Assembly (NCBI GenBank): GCA_043754535.1 | Contig: JAYUUN010000005.1 | Location: forward strand, 1-63,378 | Direction: 5' to 3' | Length of the DNA: 63,378 bases | Source: Chloroflexota bacterium | Lineage (GTDB): Bacteria; Chloroflexota; Chloroflexia; QHBQ01 | Position numbers and translations under genes: made by a program | Shown: in pieces, positions 9,049 to 17,187 of the stretch | How the letters are laid out: each line of letters starts with the position of its first letter | How positions within the stretch are numbered: the stretch's first letter is position 1 | Notes under the pieces: generated by a model | Told to the model about the DNA's origin: nothing | The model's input: the letters and a program-made list of their open reading frames with translations, nothing else | Database searches by the model: none

Positions 9049-10311
9049 CTGACTAGACTTGATGCTACCCGCCTCTACCTGCTGGTGGCAGTAGGCTTTC
9101 GCTTCGTTATGGGCCTGACCTGGACGACCTTCCCCCTCCACCTGATCAACGACATCCACCTCGACCCCCTGCAACTGGTGCTGGCGGGTACGGCCATTGA
9201 GGGTGCGCAGTTCCTCGCCGAAATCCCGACTGGCATTGTTGCCGACGTGTACAGCCGCCGCCTATCCGTGATCATCGGCTACCTGGTGCTGGGGGCGGGC
9301 TTCATCGCCCTCGGCATCGCCACCAATTTCGCAGGCGTGCTGGTCGGGCAGGTGGTACTCGGCTTGGGCTGGGCCTTCATCAGCGGGGCGTTCACCGCCT
9401 GGCTCACCGACGAGGTGGGTGAGGCGCGCCTGGGCGACATCCTCTTGCACGCATCGCAAATCAGCATCCTCGGCGGTCTGGTTGGCAATGTAGTGGGGGT
9501 CGCCCTGGGGTTGGTCAGCCTGACCCTGGTACTGGTGCTGGCTGGTGGGCTGTTGATTTTGATTGCGGGTCTGATGTGTCTGCTGATGCCAGAACACAAC
9601 TTCAGCCCGATCCGCCGCGAGGTTGGGCAGGGCAACTTGCGGACGATGCTGACCACTGCCACCGTCGGCCTCAAGGTGGTGCGGGGGAGACCGCTAGCCT
9701 CGGTGGTCGTGGCAGTCGGCTTCTTCCTCGGCTTGTTCAGTGAGGGGCCAGATCGCCTCTGGCAGCAGCATTTGATTACCAACATCAGCTTCCCCAACAT
9801 TGGCTGGAACGTGATCATCTGGTTCGGCTTGATCGACACCATTACCGCCGTCCTCTTTTACTTCGTCGCGGGTTACATCCGCTCACGGCTGCCGATGGCA
9901 AGCAGCAGCCACCTGATCCGCGCCCTACTCGTCGTCAGCAGCCTGATGACTGGGGCGTTGTTCGGCTTCGCCCTCGCGGGCAACTTCGTCTTTGCGGTGA
10001 TCAGCAAAGAGCTACTCACCGTCAGCAGCAACGCCCTCGAACCCCTCTACGACACCTGGATCAATCAGAATCTCGACTCGCGGGTGCGGGCCACCGTGCT
10101 TTCCCTCAGCAGTCAGCTTCGCTCCCTCGGCGAGATCACTGCTGGGCCGATTGCAGGGGTGGTCGGCAACAGCTTCGGCCTGCGGGCGGTGATGTTGCTC
10201 GCCACCACGATGCTGCTCCCCGTGCCACTGTTGTTTGCCTACGCCAGCCGCCGCCCCAAGCCGGAGGTTGACGTGGTGGGGCGGCCAGGCCTGGCCCCTA
10301 AGCTAGATTAA
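9049..10311 (+). CDS. MFS transporter (TetA(P)-like efflux family), copy 1
   Basis: About 12 TM helices, EIPTGIVADVYSRR motif; start extended to CTG 9049 by identity with the paralog's 5' end (alternative GTG 9085). Confidence 0.88.
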   Translation: MTRLDATRLYLLVAVGFRFVMGLTWTTFPLHLINDIHLDPLQLVLAGTAIEGAQFLAEIPTGIVADVYSRRLSVIIGYLVLGAGFIALGIATNFAGVLVGQVVLGLGWAFISGAFTAWLTDEVGEARLGDILLHASQISILGGLVGNVVGVALGLVSLTLVLVLAGGLLILIAGLMCLLMPEHNFSPIRREVGQGNLRTMLTTATVGLKVVRGRPLASVVVAVGFFLGLFSEGPDRLWQQHLITNISFPNIGWNVIIWFGLIDTITAVLFYFVAGYIRSRLPMASSSHLIRALLVVSSLMTGALFGFALAGNFVFAVISKELLTVSSNALEPLYDTWINQNLDSRVRATVLSLSSQLRSLGEITAGPIAGVVGNSFGLRAVMLLATTMLLPVPLLFAYASRRPKPEVDVVGRPGLAPKLD

Positions 10312-10328
10312 GAAAGAGGTACCTTGTT

Positions 10329-11630
10329 TTGACTAGACTTGATGCTACCCGCCTCTACCTGTGGGTAGAGGGGGCGATGTCCTTCCTCTCGGCTCTAACC
10401 TGGACAGTATTCGCGGTCTACCTGGTCAAGGAAGCACGGCTTGACCCGCTGCAACTGGTGCTGGTTGGCACCGCTACCGAGGTGACCGCCTTCTTCTGCG
10501 AAATCCCGACGGGGGTGGTGGCTGACCAATACAGTCGCCGCCTGTCGGTGGTGATCGGTCACCTGCTGCTGGGGGTGAGTATGTTCGCCCTCGGCTTCAC
10601 CACCAACTTCGCACTAATCATCCTCACCCAGGTAGTAAGCGGGGTCGGCTACACCTTCGTCAGCGGGGCGTTTGCGGCCTGGCTGACAGACGAGGTGGGT
10701 GAGGAGCGGGTGGGCGATATCTTCCTGCGCTCGTCGCAGATCGGGACGCTGAGCGGCCTGCCGGGGATCGTGGCGGGGGCGGCCATTGGGCTGCTGGGGC
10801 TGGGGCTGCCGCTGATCGTCGGCGGGCTGCTGATCATATTGCTGGCTGGGGCGATGGCTCTGCTAATGCCAGAGACGGCCTTCCAGCCAGCCCCGCGCAA
10901 CCCACAACACAATGCAGTGCAGGCGATGTTCGCCACCTTTGAGCTGGGGCTGCGGGCGACGCAGGGGAGACCGCTCGCGTTGCTGGTGCTGGCGGTGGGC
11001 TTCTTCTTCGGTGCGTTCAGCGAGGGCTTTGACCGCCTGTGGGAGGCGCACTTCATCACCAACTTCAGCTTCCCCGACCTGTTGGGCAATGCGGTGCCAG
11101 TGGTCGTTTGGATAGGCATCATCCGAGTGCTGGGTAGCATCAGCGGCTGGTTGGCGGCTGGCCTGGCCCGCAGGCGGGTGGACACGAGCAACATCCGCGC
11201 CATAGTGGAGGCTCTGTTCTGGGTCAACTGCCTGTTGGTGGGCGCGCTGTTCGGCTTTGCGCTGGCGGGCAACTTCCTGCTCGCGCTGATCGCCCTCGAA
11301 CTGGTGGGGGTGACGCGCACGGTCAACGGCCCGCTCTACGACACCTGGCTGAACCAGAACCTGGACTCGCGGGTGCGGGCTACTGTTCTCTCGATGAGCA
11401 GCCAGCTTGATGCGCTGGGCCAATTCGCGGGCGGGCCAGCGGTGGGGCTGCTAGGCAACAGCTTTGGTATCCGCACTGCGCTGGTAGCCTCGGCCTGCCT
11501 GCTGACCCCGGTAATCCCCCTGTTTGCGTACGCCAGCCGCCGCGCAAAGGGGCAGGGGGGCGCGCTAGCAGCGGAGCCAGCGGAGCTAGCGGAGCCAGCG
11601 GAGCTAGCAGAGGTAGCAGAGGTGGCTTGA
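10329..11630 (+). CDS. MFS transporter (TetA(P)-like efflux family), copy 2
   Basis: EIPTGVVADQYSRR; clear paralog of the upstream gene; C-terminal AEP/AEL 9-bp tandem repeats. Confidence 0.9.
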   Translation: MTRLDATRLYLWVEGAMSFLSALTWTVFAVYLVKEARLDPLQLVLVGTATEVTAFFCEIPTGVVADQYSRRLSVVIGHLLLGVSMFALGFTTNFALIILTQVVSGVGYTFVSGAFAAWLTDEVGEERVGDIFLRSSQIGTLSGLPGIVAGAAIGLLGLGLPLIVGGLLIILLAGAMALLMPETAFQPAPRNPQHNAVQAMFATFELGLRATQGRPLALLVLAVGFFFGAFSEGFDRLWEAHFITNFSFPDLLGNAVPVVVWIGIIRVLGSISGWLAAGLARRRVDTSNIRAIVEALFWVNCLLVGALFGFALAGNFLLALIALELVGVTRTVNGPLYDTWLNQNLDSRVRATVLSMSSQLDALGQFAGGPAVGLLGNSFGIRTALVASACLLTPVIPLFAYASRRAKGQGGALAAEPAELAEPAELAEVAEVA

Positions 11631-11760
11631 GGCAGTCAGGCTGCCAGTCAGCGGCTAGCAGAGGAGGCGGTCAGTAGTGACTGCCTTCAGCCGCCCTGCA
11701 AGTTGGCGGCGCGAAACCTGCTATGCTGCTGCCAGTGATGATGGCTAAGGAGGGACGAGT

Positions 11761-12441
11761 ATGGACACGATCTACCTGGTACGGCATGGGCAGTCTACCT
11801 GGAACGCAGAGGGCAAGCACCAGGGTTGGGCGGAGCCACCGCTGTCGGAGCTTGGCGTGCGTCAGGTGGCGGCGACGGGGCAGCGGCTGGCGCAGAAGGA
11901 CTTCACGGCGGTAGTCAGCAGCCCTACTACTCGCGCTTTGCAGACGGCGCAGGCGATTGCGAAGCTGGCTGGCTTTGGGGGCGAGATCGCTACTGACCCC
12001 GACCTGCGCGATGCCCGCCGCTCGGCCAGCCGCGAGGGGGGGACGTACACGCCAGAGGAAATCCAGACTGTGCGCGGCGACCTGGACTTCAAGTTCGCGG
12101 ACGGCGAGAACAGCCGCGAGTTCATCGCCCGCACGGTGGCGGCCTGGGAGCGGCTGGCGCAGAGCTTCACTGGCACGGCCAATATCCTGTTGGTCACCCA
12201 CGGGATGAACGTCAAGGTGATGTTGCTCAACGCGCTGGGTTTGTTGCCGCAGGTTGACCACAACCCCTTCCTGGTCAACCACGCGATGCGGCTGAGCAAT
12301 TGCGGCCTGACCATCCTCAACCACGACCCGAAGTGGGAGCATGAGGGGGGTATCTACCGCATGACCGCCTTCAACGACACCGGCCACATCGAACTGGCGG
12401 GCCTGGAGTCGCCGCTGACTGCCTCGGCAACGGAGCCGTAG
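11761..12441 (+). CDS. Histidine phosphatase (phosphoglycerate mutase family)
   Basis: LVRHGQS, SSP..RA.QTA, LVTHG, NDTGH. Confidence 0.9.
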   Translation: MDTIYLVRHGQSTWNAEGKHQGWAEPPLSELGVRQVAATGQRLAQKDFTAVVSSPTTRALQTAQAIAKLAGFGGEIATDPDLRDARRSASREGGTYTPEEIQTVRGDLDFKFADGENSREFIARTVAAWERLAQSFTGTANILLVTHGMNVKVMLLNALGLLPQVDHNPFLVNHAMRLSNCGLTILNHDPKWEHEGGIYRMTAFNDTGHIELAGLESPLTASATEP

Positions 12442-12485
12442 GTTGGGGATACGTCAACCAGGGGCAGCGGGGTGGCGGCTAGCGA

Positions 12486-12503
12486 CGTATGTACACACAT
12501 ATG
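12486..12503. promoter_or_regulatory. Candidate parS site, copy 3
   Basis: CGTATGT-ACAC-ACATATG, 16/18 match to the palindromes inside parB; intergenic. Confidence 0.6.
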
Positions 12504-12517
12504 CGTCAGGCTGAAGG

Positions 12518-13378
12518 CTAGCGGTTGCGGACGAGCAGCTTGAAGCTGAGCAGCAGGCTGAAGCTAGCGACGACCAGGATGGTGCTGAGAACAATCCCTT
12601 CTTCTAGCGAACTGCCGCCCTCGAAGGCACTGTAGATGGCTAGGGGCATAGTCTGGGTGCGGCCCACGTAGTTGCCTGCAAAGAGGATGGTTGCGCCAAA
12701 CTCGCCCAGCGCACGCGCCCAGCACAGGACGACCCCCTCGATCAGGCCGGGCATGGCGAGCGGCAGGCTGATCAGGCGGAAGCGCGCCCACAAGCCAGCC
12801 CCGTCTACCTTCGCTGCCTCCTCGACCTCGATTGCTATGCCTGCGAAGCCGAGCCGGGCCGCCTTGAGGTAGAAGGGGGCGGCAATGAAGGTTTGGGCGA
12901 TGACCACGGCCAGGGTGCTGAAGGCGATGTTGATGCCCCAGGCGCGGAAGCTGGAGCCGAGCAGCCCGCGCTGGCCGAAGGCGAACAGCAGGGCGATGCC
13001 TGCCACCGCTGGCGGGAGGACGAGCGGCAACTCGACCAGCGTCTCTAGCAGGCGGTGGCCGGGGAAGCGGGCGCGGGCAAGCAGGTAGGCGAGGGGAGTG
13101 GCGGTGAGCATGGTCAGTAGCAGGGCTGCTGTGCTGGTGAGCAGGCTAACGCCGAGGGCTTGCTGCACAACAGGGCTGCCGAGATAGCCGACGAACTGGC
13201 CGAGTGGCACCCGTAGCAGCAGGGCGACGAGCGGTAGCAGCAGCAGGGTCAGCAGCAACGCGATCAGCGCCGCTGCCGCCAGCCGCGCCAGTCGGTCGGC
13301 GATAGCAGAGTAAGGGGCTAGCTGTGGGGAGGCAGGCTGTTTGTCGCTGGGCAGGGCCAAAGGGCGGCTGTACCTCAC
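12518..13378 (-). CDS. modB: Molybdate ABC transporter permease
   Basis: LPLVLPPAVAG, EEAAKVDGA (EAA loop), WARALGEFGAT, TQTMPLAIY. Confidence 0.92.
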   Translation of the reverse strand: MRYSRPLALPSDKQPASPQLAPYSAIADRLARLAAAALIALLLTLLLLPLVALLLRVPLGQFVGYLGSPVVQQALGVSLLTSTAALLLTMLTATPLAYLLARARFPGHRLLETLVELPLVLPPAVAGIALLFAFGQRGLLGSSFRAWGINIAFSTLAVVIAQTFIAAPFYLKAARLGFAGIAIEVEEAAKVDGAGLWARFRLISLPLAMPGLIEGVVLCWARALGEFGATILFAGNYVGRTQTMPLAIYSAFEGGSSLEEGIVLSTILVVASFSLLLSFKLLVRNR

Positions 13379-14193
13379 TTGTTGGCGGCAAAGCCATACT
13401 TTTGCAGCACAGCCTGACCAGCGGGTGAGAGGGTGTAGGCGATGAAGGCCTGGGCGAGGCTGGCCTGTTTGCTGTCGCTGACGGCGGCGATGGGGTAGCT
13501 GGCGACCACATTGTAGCGGTCGGCTATCTCAACCTGAGCGACCTTGCCCGCCCCACCCGCCACTGCGTCGCTGACGTAGACGATGCCCGCCTGGGCCTCA
13601 CCGCTGCTAACTTTGGTATAGACTGCCTTTACATCCTGCTCGTTGGACAGCACGTTGGCTAGCACTTTGCGCTGGAAGTCTGCGCCGAGGGCGGGGTCGC
13701 TGCTAGCTTTGGCGAGGAACTGGCGGGCGTATTGGCCTGCTGGTACGCTGCTGTCGGCCAGCACCAGTTGCAGGCCGGGGCGAGCGAGGTCAGCGATCTG
13801 CTTGACGGCGGCGGGGTTGTCCCTGGGCAGGATGATGATCAGGCGGTTGCGGGTGAAGGTCTGCTGCGTGCCGCTGACCACCCGCCCGCTCTTGATCGCC
13901 GCTGCCATCTGGCTGCCGCTAGCCGAGGCGAACACGTCGGCAGGTGCGCCCTGGCCGAGTTGGGTGGCTAGCTGCTGCGAACCAGCAAAGCTGAAGGCCA
14001 CCTGGCTACCTGGCTGGGTGGCGGCAAAGTCGCTGCCGATCTGGGTGAAGGCTTCCTTGAGCGAGGCGGCGGCGAAGACGGTGAGCTTGCCGCCCACCTG
14101 GGGGCGGGTGAAGGTGGAGGTGGGGGGGCTAGCGTTGTCGCAGGCGACTAGGATGAGGGTAAGGAGCAGAAGCAGGCTGAGGCGTAGTTTCAT
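13375..14193 (-). CDS. modA: Molybdate ABC transporter substrate-binding lipoprotein
   Basis: Lipobox LVAC, VFAAASL, FAGS, ADVFASA, VPAG.YA, GIVYVSD; ATG 14193 behind AAGGAG. Confidence 0.92.
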   Translation of the reverse strand: MKLRLSLLLLLTLILVACDNASPPTSTFTRPQVGGKLTVFAAASLKEAFTQIGSDFAATQPGSQVAFSFAGSQQLATQLGQGAPADVFASASGSQMAAAIKSGRVVSGTQQTFTRNRLIIILPRDNPAAVKQIADLARPGLQLVLADSSVPAGQYARQFLAKASSDPALGADFQRKVLANVLSNEQDVKAVYTKVSSGEAQAGIVYVSDAVAGGAGKVAQVEIADRYNVVASYPIAAVSDSKQASLAQAFIAYTLSPAGQAVLQKYGFAANK

Positions 14194-14392
14194 CGTGAGG
14201 TTCTCCTTGTCAATGCTACTGAACAACGGGGTAAACACTGCCCCAGCTACCAGGGTTGGAGTTAGAGGGGCTAGCAAGCTCGATTATAGCACGCGCTGCC
14301 ACTGCGAGTGGTACGCCGCGGGCTGGCTGCTGGATTGCTGTCCACAGAGCCAGGCAATCTGCGCTAATGTAGCAAATATGTGCAAAAAGCTA

Positions 14393-14422
14393 TTGACATT
14401 AGAAACCATGTTCTGGTATAAT
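14393..14422 (+). promoter_or_regulatory. sigma70-type promoter P1 upstream of parA
   Basis: TTGACA-18 bp-TATAAT. Confidence 0.65.
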
Positions 14423-14636
14423 GACCTTGCAAGCAAGCAAGCGCAGTGCGAGTTAGCAGGGTAGCATAGGCTATCACACCTGGGGCGTATCCCTGTCGGC
14501 CTCAAACTGAGCATTGGGCAGTGTGCCTGCACTTCAGATTGTGTGCTATCCTACGCAATGTGGGTTGTCAGGGCCAGGATTGCGGCTTTGCAGCAAGGGA
14601 AAGGCAACATTAGTTAGTAATTGGCTGCAAAAGGTA

Positions 14637-14665
14637 TTGACAAATCGCGCGAATCATGCTAGATT
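14637..14665 (+). promoter_or_regulatory. sigma70-type promoter P2 upstream of parA
   Basis: TTGACA-17 bp-TAGATT with extended TG; like P1 it is preceded by TGCAAAA(A/G)G(C)TA. Confidence 0.55.
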
Positions 14666-14745
14666 CTATGTGGCACGTGTTATGTTTACTTCGATGTTAA
14701 TTGTCGGGCGGGTACGTGCGCCGCCAGCACGAAAGAGAGCCGACC

Positions 14746-15843
14746 TTGAGTGAGTTTCTGACCGTCGAAGAAGCCGCTGCCCGCCTGCGGGTGCATAGCC
14801 AAACGTTGCTGCGCTGGATCAAGGAGGGCAAGCTACCCTCGATCAAGATTGGTCGCAGCTATCGGATTAAGCCCCGCGACCTGGACAAGCTGATCGGCGA
14901 AGTCGGCGAGGGGCTGAGGCCGAACGAAGCGCAAGTGGTGGCTGTTGCCAACCAGAAGGGTGGGGTGGGCAAGACCACTACTACCTGGAACACCGGCGCG
15001 GCGATGAGTGAGCGCGATAAGCGGGTGTTGCTGGTGGATATGGACCCGCAGGCCAACCTGACTATCGCCATGCGCCTGCAACCCTACGCCCTCGAACGCT
15101 CGATCTACGACGGCCTCTCGGCTGTGCTTAGCGCGCAGAGCCAGGCTAGCTTCGACTCGCAGGAGGCAGACTTCGACCCACACAGCCTGATCATCCACAC
15201 GCGCAAGATGGACATCCTGCCCGCCAACATCGAACTGAGCAAGAGCGAACTGCGCTTTGCGGGGGGGATGCGCCGCGAATACCTGCTCAAGAAGCTGCTC
15301 GCGCCCCTCCGTGAGGAGTACGATGTGATCATGATCGACTGCCCGCCCAATCTTGGCCTGCTGACGATCAATGCGCTGGTGGCCGCAGACTGGGTGGTGG
15401 TGCCAGTGCAGACTGAAGCGTGGGCCGCAGCGGCGATCCGCCCAGTGCTAGACAGTCTGGCAACGATGCGTTCGCAAGACCTCAACCCCAACCTTGAACT
15501 GGCGGGCCTGCTGCTGACGATGGTGGACACCCGTACGGGGCTGACCCACGACGTGATTGATGCGATCCGCCGCGCCTACGCCGACCGGGTGCCGCTGTTC
15601 AAGACGATCATCAAGCGCAGCGTCAAGTTCGGGGCAAGCGCGATGCAGCAGGACAACATCCTCAGCTTCGACCCCAACAGCCCACACGCCGCTGCCTACC
15701 GCCACTTTGCCGCCGAGTTGATGGTGAGGATAGGGATCGAGAATGAGTTGCCACCAGTTCAGGTTGACGCGTTGGAGGAAGTAGACGAGGGCTTGGACGA
15801 CAAAGCTAGCGTCGGTAGCAGCAGCAAGGGCGGGAGGAAGTAG
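14746..15843 (+). CDS. parA: ParA partition ATPase with N-terminal excisionase-type HTH
   Basis: FLTVEEAAARLRVH..TL.RWIKEG HTH, then deviant Walker A NQKGGVGKTT, DMDPQAN, IDCPP; TTG start at 14746 behind GAGAG. Confidence 0.9.
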   Translation: MSEFLTVEEAAARLRVHSQTLLRWIKEGKLPSIKIGRSYRIKPRDLDKLIGEVGEGLRPNEAQVVAVANQKGGVGKTTTTWNTGAAMSERDKRVLLVDMDPQANLTIAMRLQPYALERSIYDGLSAVLSAQSQASFDSQEADFDPHSLIIHTRKMDILPANIELSKSELRFAGGMRREYLLKKLLAPLREEYDVIMIDCPPNLGLLTINALVAADWVVVPVQTEAWAAAAIRPVLDSLATMRSQDLNPNLELAGLLLTMVDTRTGLTHDVIDAIRRAYADRVPLFKTIIKRSVKFGASAMQQDNILSFDPNSPHAAAYRHFAAELMVRIGIENELPPVQVDALEEVDEGLDDKASVGSSSKGGRK

Positions 15844-15845
15844 GG

Positions 15846-16847
15846 GTGGTACGCAAGCGCACAAACGACAACTTCCTGATCGAGGCGTGGGGCAACCCAA
15901 CGGTGGGCAAGGGCGGCTCGGTGCTAGACGAGATGCTGAACAACCCAGAGTTGCCGGTGACAATGCTGCCGCTGGAGCAGCTAGTTGGCAACCCCTATCA
16001 GCCGCGCCAGAGCTTTGGCGACGAGGAACTGGATGAGCTACGGCGCAGCATTGAGATGCACGGCTTCCTCGGCCACCTGGTCGCCCGCCGCTATGAGCGC
16101 GACCGCTATCAGATCGCTTACGGCGAACGCCGCCTGCGGGCCAGTAAGCTGGCGGGGCTGGAGCGTCTACCAGTGCAGGTGCAGGACCTGGACGACAACC
16201 AGATGATGCAGATCGCCCTGGCCGAGAACCTCCAGCGTGTTGACCTCAGCCCACTGGAAGAAGGGGTGATGTATGTGATGATGATGGGCCAACTGCACCT
16301 TAGCTACAGCGAACTGGCCGAGATGATTAACAAAGATAAGGGATACATCCAGAACCGGGTGCGGCTGGCAAAGGCACCAGACGACCTCAAGCAGATGGTG
16401 ATGGCCCGGCCCGAAACCCTCTCTGCGGTTCGCTATCTGGTGAAGGTAGAGGACGGGGCGGCGCGCAAGGTGTTGGCGGCGGCGATGCTGGATGGTCGGG
16501 TGACGGTCAAGATGTTGAGCGAGAACGAAGGCGACCTGCTGGGGCTGGCCGAGCGGCTGCTGCACCCAACCCAGGCAGCGTATGTACGCACATACGAGCA
16601 GCCAGAGTTGGCGGCGAAGGAGGCGTATGTACGCACATACGAGGAGGAGCAGGAGGAGGCGAGCAATCGCTACAGCGTCGGTCGGCGGCGGCTGGATGTG
16701 GTCTATCGCAACCTGGCTAACCTGCACATGAGCAGCGAGCGCAACCTGGGTAAGCTATCGGTGGAGGCACGTACCGACATGATGACTACCCTGCGTGGCA
16801 TCCGCCAGATGGCTGAGGAGATGTTGGCTCGCCTTGATCAGGATTGA
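15846..16847 (+). CDS. parB: ParB/RepB/Spo0J partition protein
   Basis: NPYQPR, GERRLRA, ENLQRVDLSPLEE, followed by an HTH; 2 bp after parA. Confidence 0.92.
   Translation: MVRKRTNDNFLIEAWGNPTVGKGGSVLDEMLNNPELPVTMLPLEQLVGNPYQPRQSFGDEELDELRRSIEMHGFLGHLVARRYERDRYQIAYGERRLRASKLAGLERLPVQVQDLDDNQMMQIALAENLQRVDLSPLEEGVMYVMMMGQLHLSYSELAEMINKDKGYIQNRVRLAKAPDDLKQMVMARPETLSAVRYLVKVEDGAARKVLAAAMLDGRVTVKMLSENEGDLLGLAERLLHPTQAAYVRTYEQPELAAKEAYVRTYEEEQEEASNRYSVGRRRLDVVYRNLANLHMSSERNLGKLSVEARTDMMTTLRGIRQMAEEMLARLDQD
16579..16641. repeat. Two identical 18-bp palindromes inside parB (candidate parS)
   Basis: CGTATGT-ACGC-ACATACG at 16579-16596 and 16624-16641, encoding AYVRTYE twice. Confidence 0.7.
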
Positions 16848-16999
16848 CTGAATCGCGGCTGACTGTGTCTTACATCCGTGTTAATCGGCGCACCCACCCG
16901 CGCAGGGGGCGGGGCTGCATCGGCAGCTTATGCACTGGTGACCGCGCTCTTGCGTCGTCTGGCTCTGGCAGAGACGGCGGCAGGGGCTACGAAAGAACA

Positions 17000-17103
17000 C
17001 AAAGAAAGAGGCCGCCCCCCTTAGCTTGCCGGCACCGGGGACAACCTCTTACATTGGAAGGCCGTGTTGCTATGAGCCTCACGACAGGTTTTGCTACCAC
17101 CTG
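17000..17103 (-). ncRNA. Counter-transcribed antisense RNA (ctRNA-like) between parB and rep
   Basis: Perfect TTGACA(17137-17132)-17-TATAAT(17114-17109) on the minus strand; ends in a ~14-bp stem AAGAGGTTGTCCCC...GGGGGCGGCCTCTT plus a U-rich tail. Confidence 0.72.
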
Positions 17104-17187
17104 GATTCATTATACCAGAGTAGCGAGTCGCTGTCAATAGCACGAGGTCAACCAGGGGTTCACGGTGAACCCAGAAAGGATGATGCT

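Noticed and set aside
12518..14193. modAB without modC as a special system
   Set aside because: ABC ATPases are often encoded elsewhere; this cannot be judged from one window.
14194..14280. Moco riboswitch upstream of modA
   Set aside because: ACUCC could pair with the GGAG RBS, but the leader is only about 85 nt and I could not find the other conserved Moco stems. An Rfam scan would settle it.
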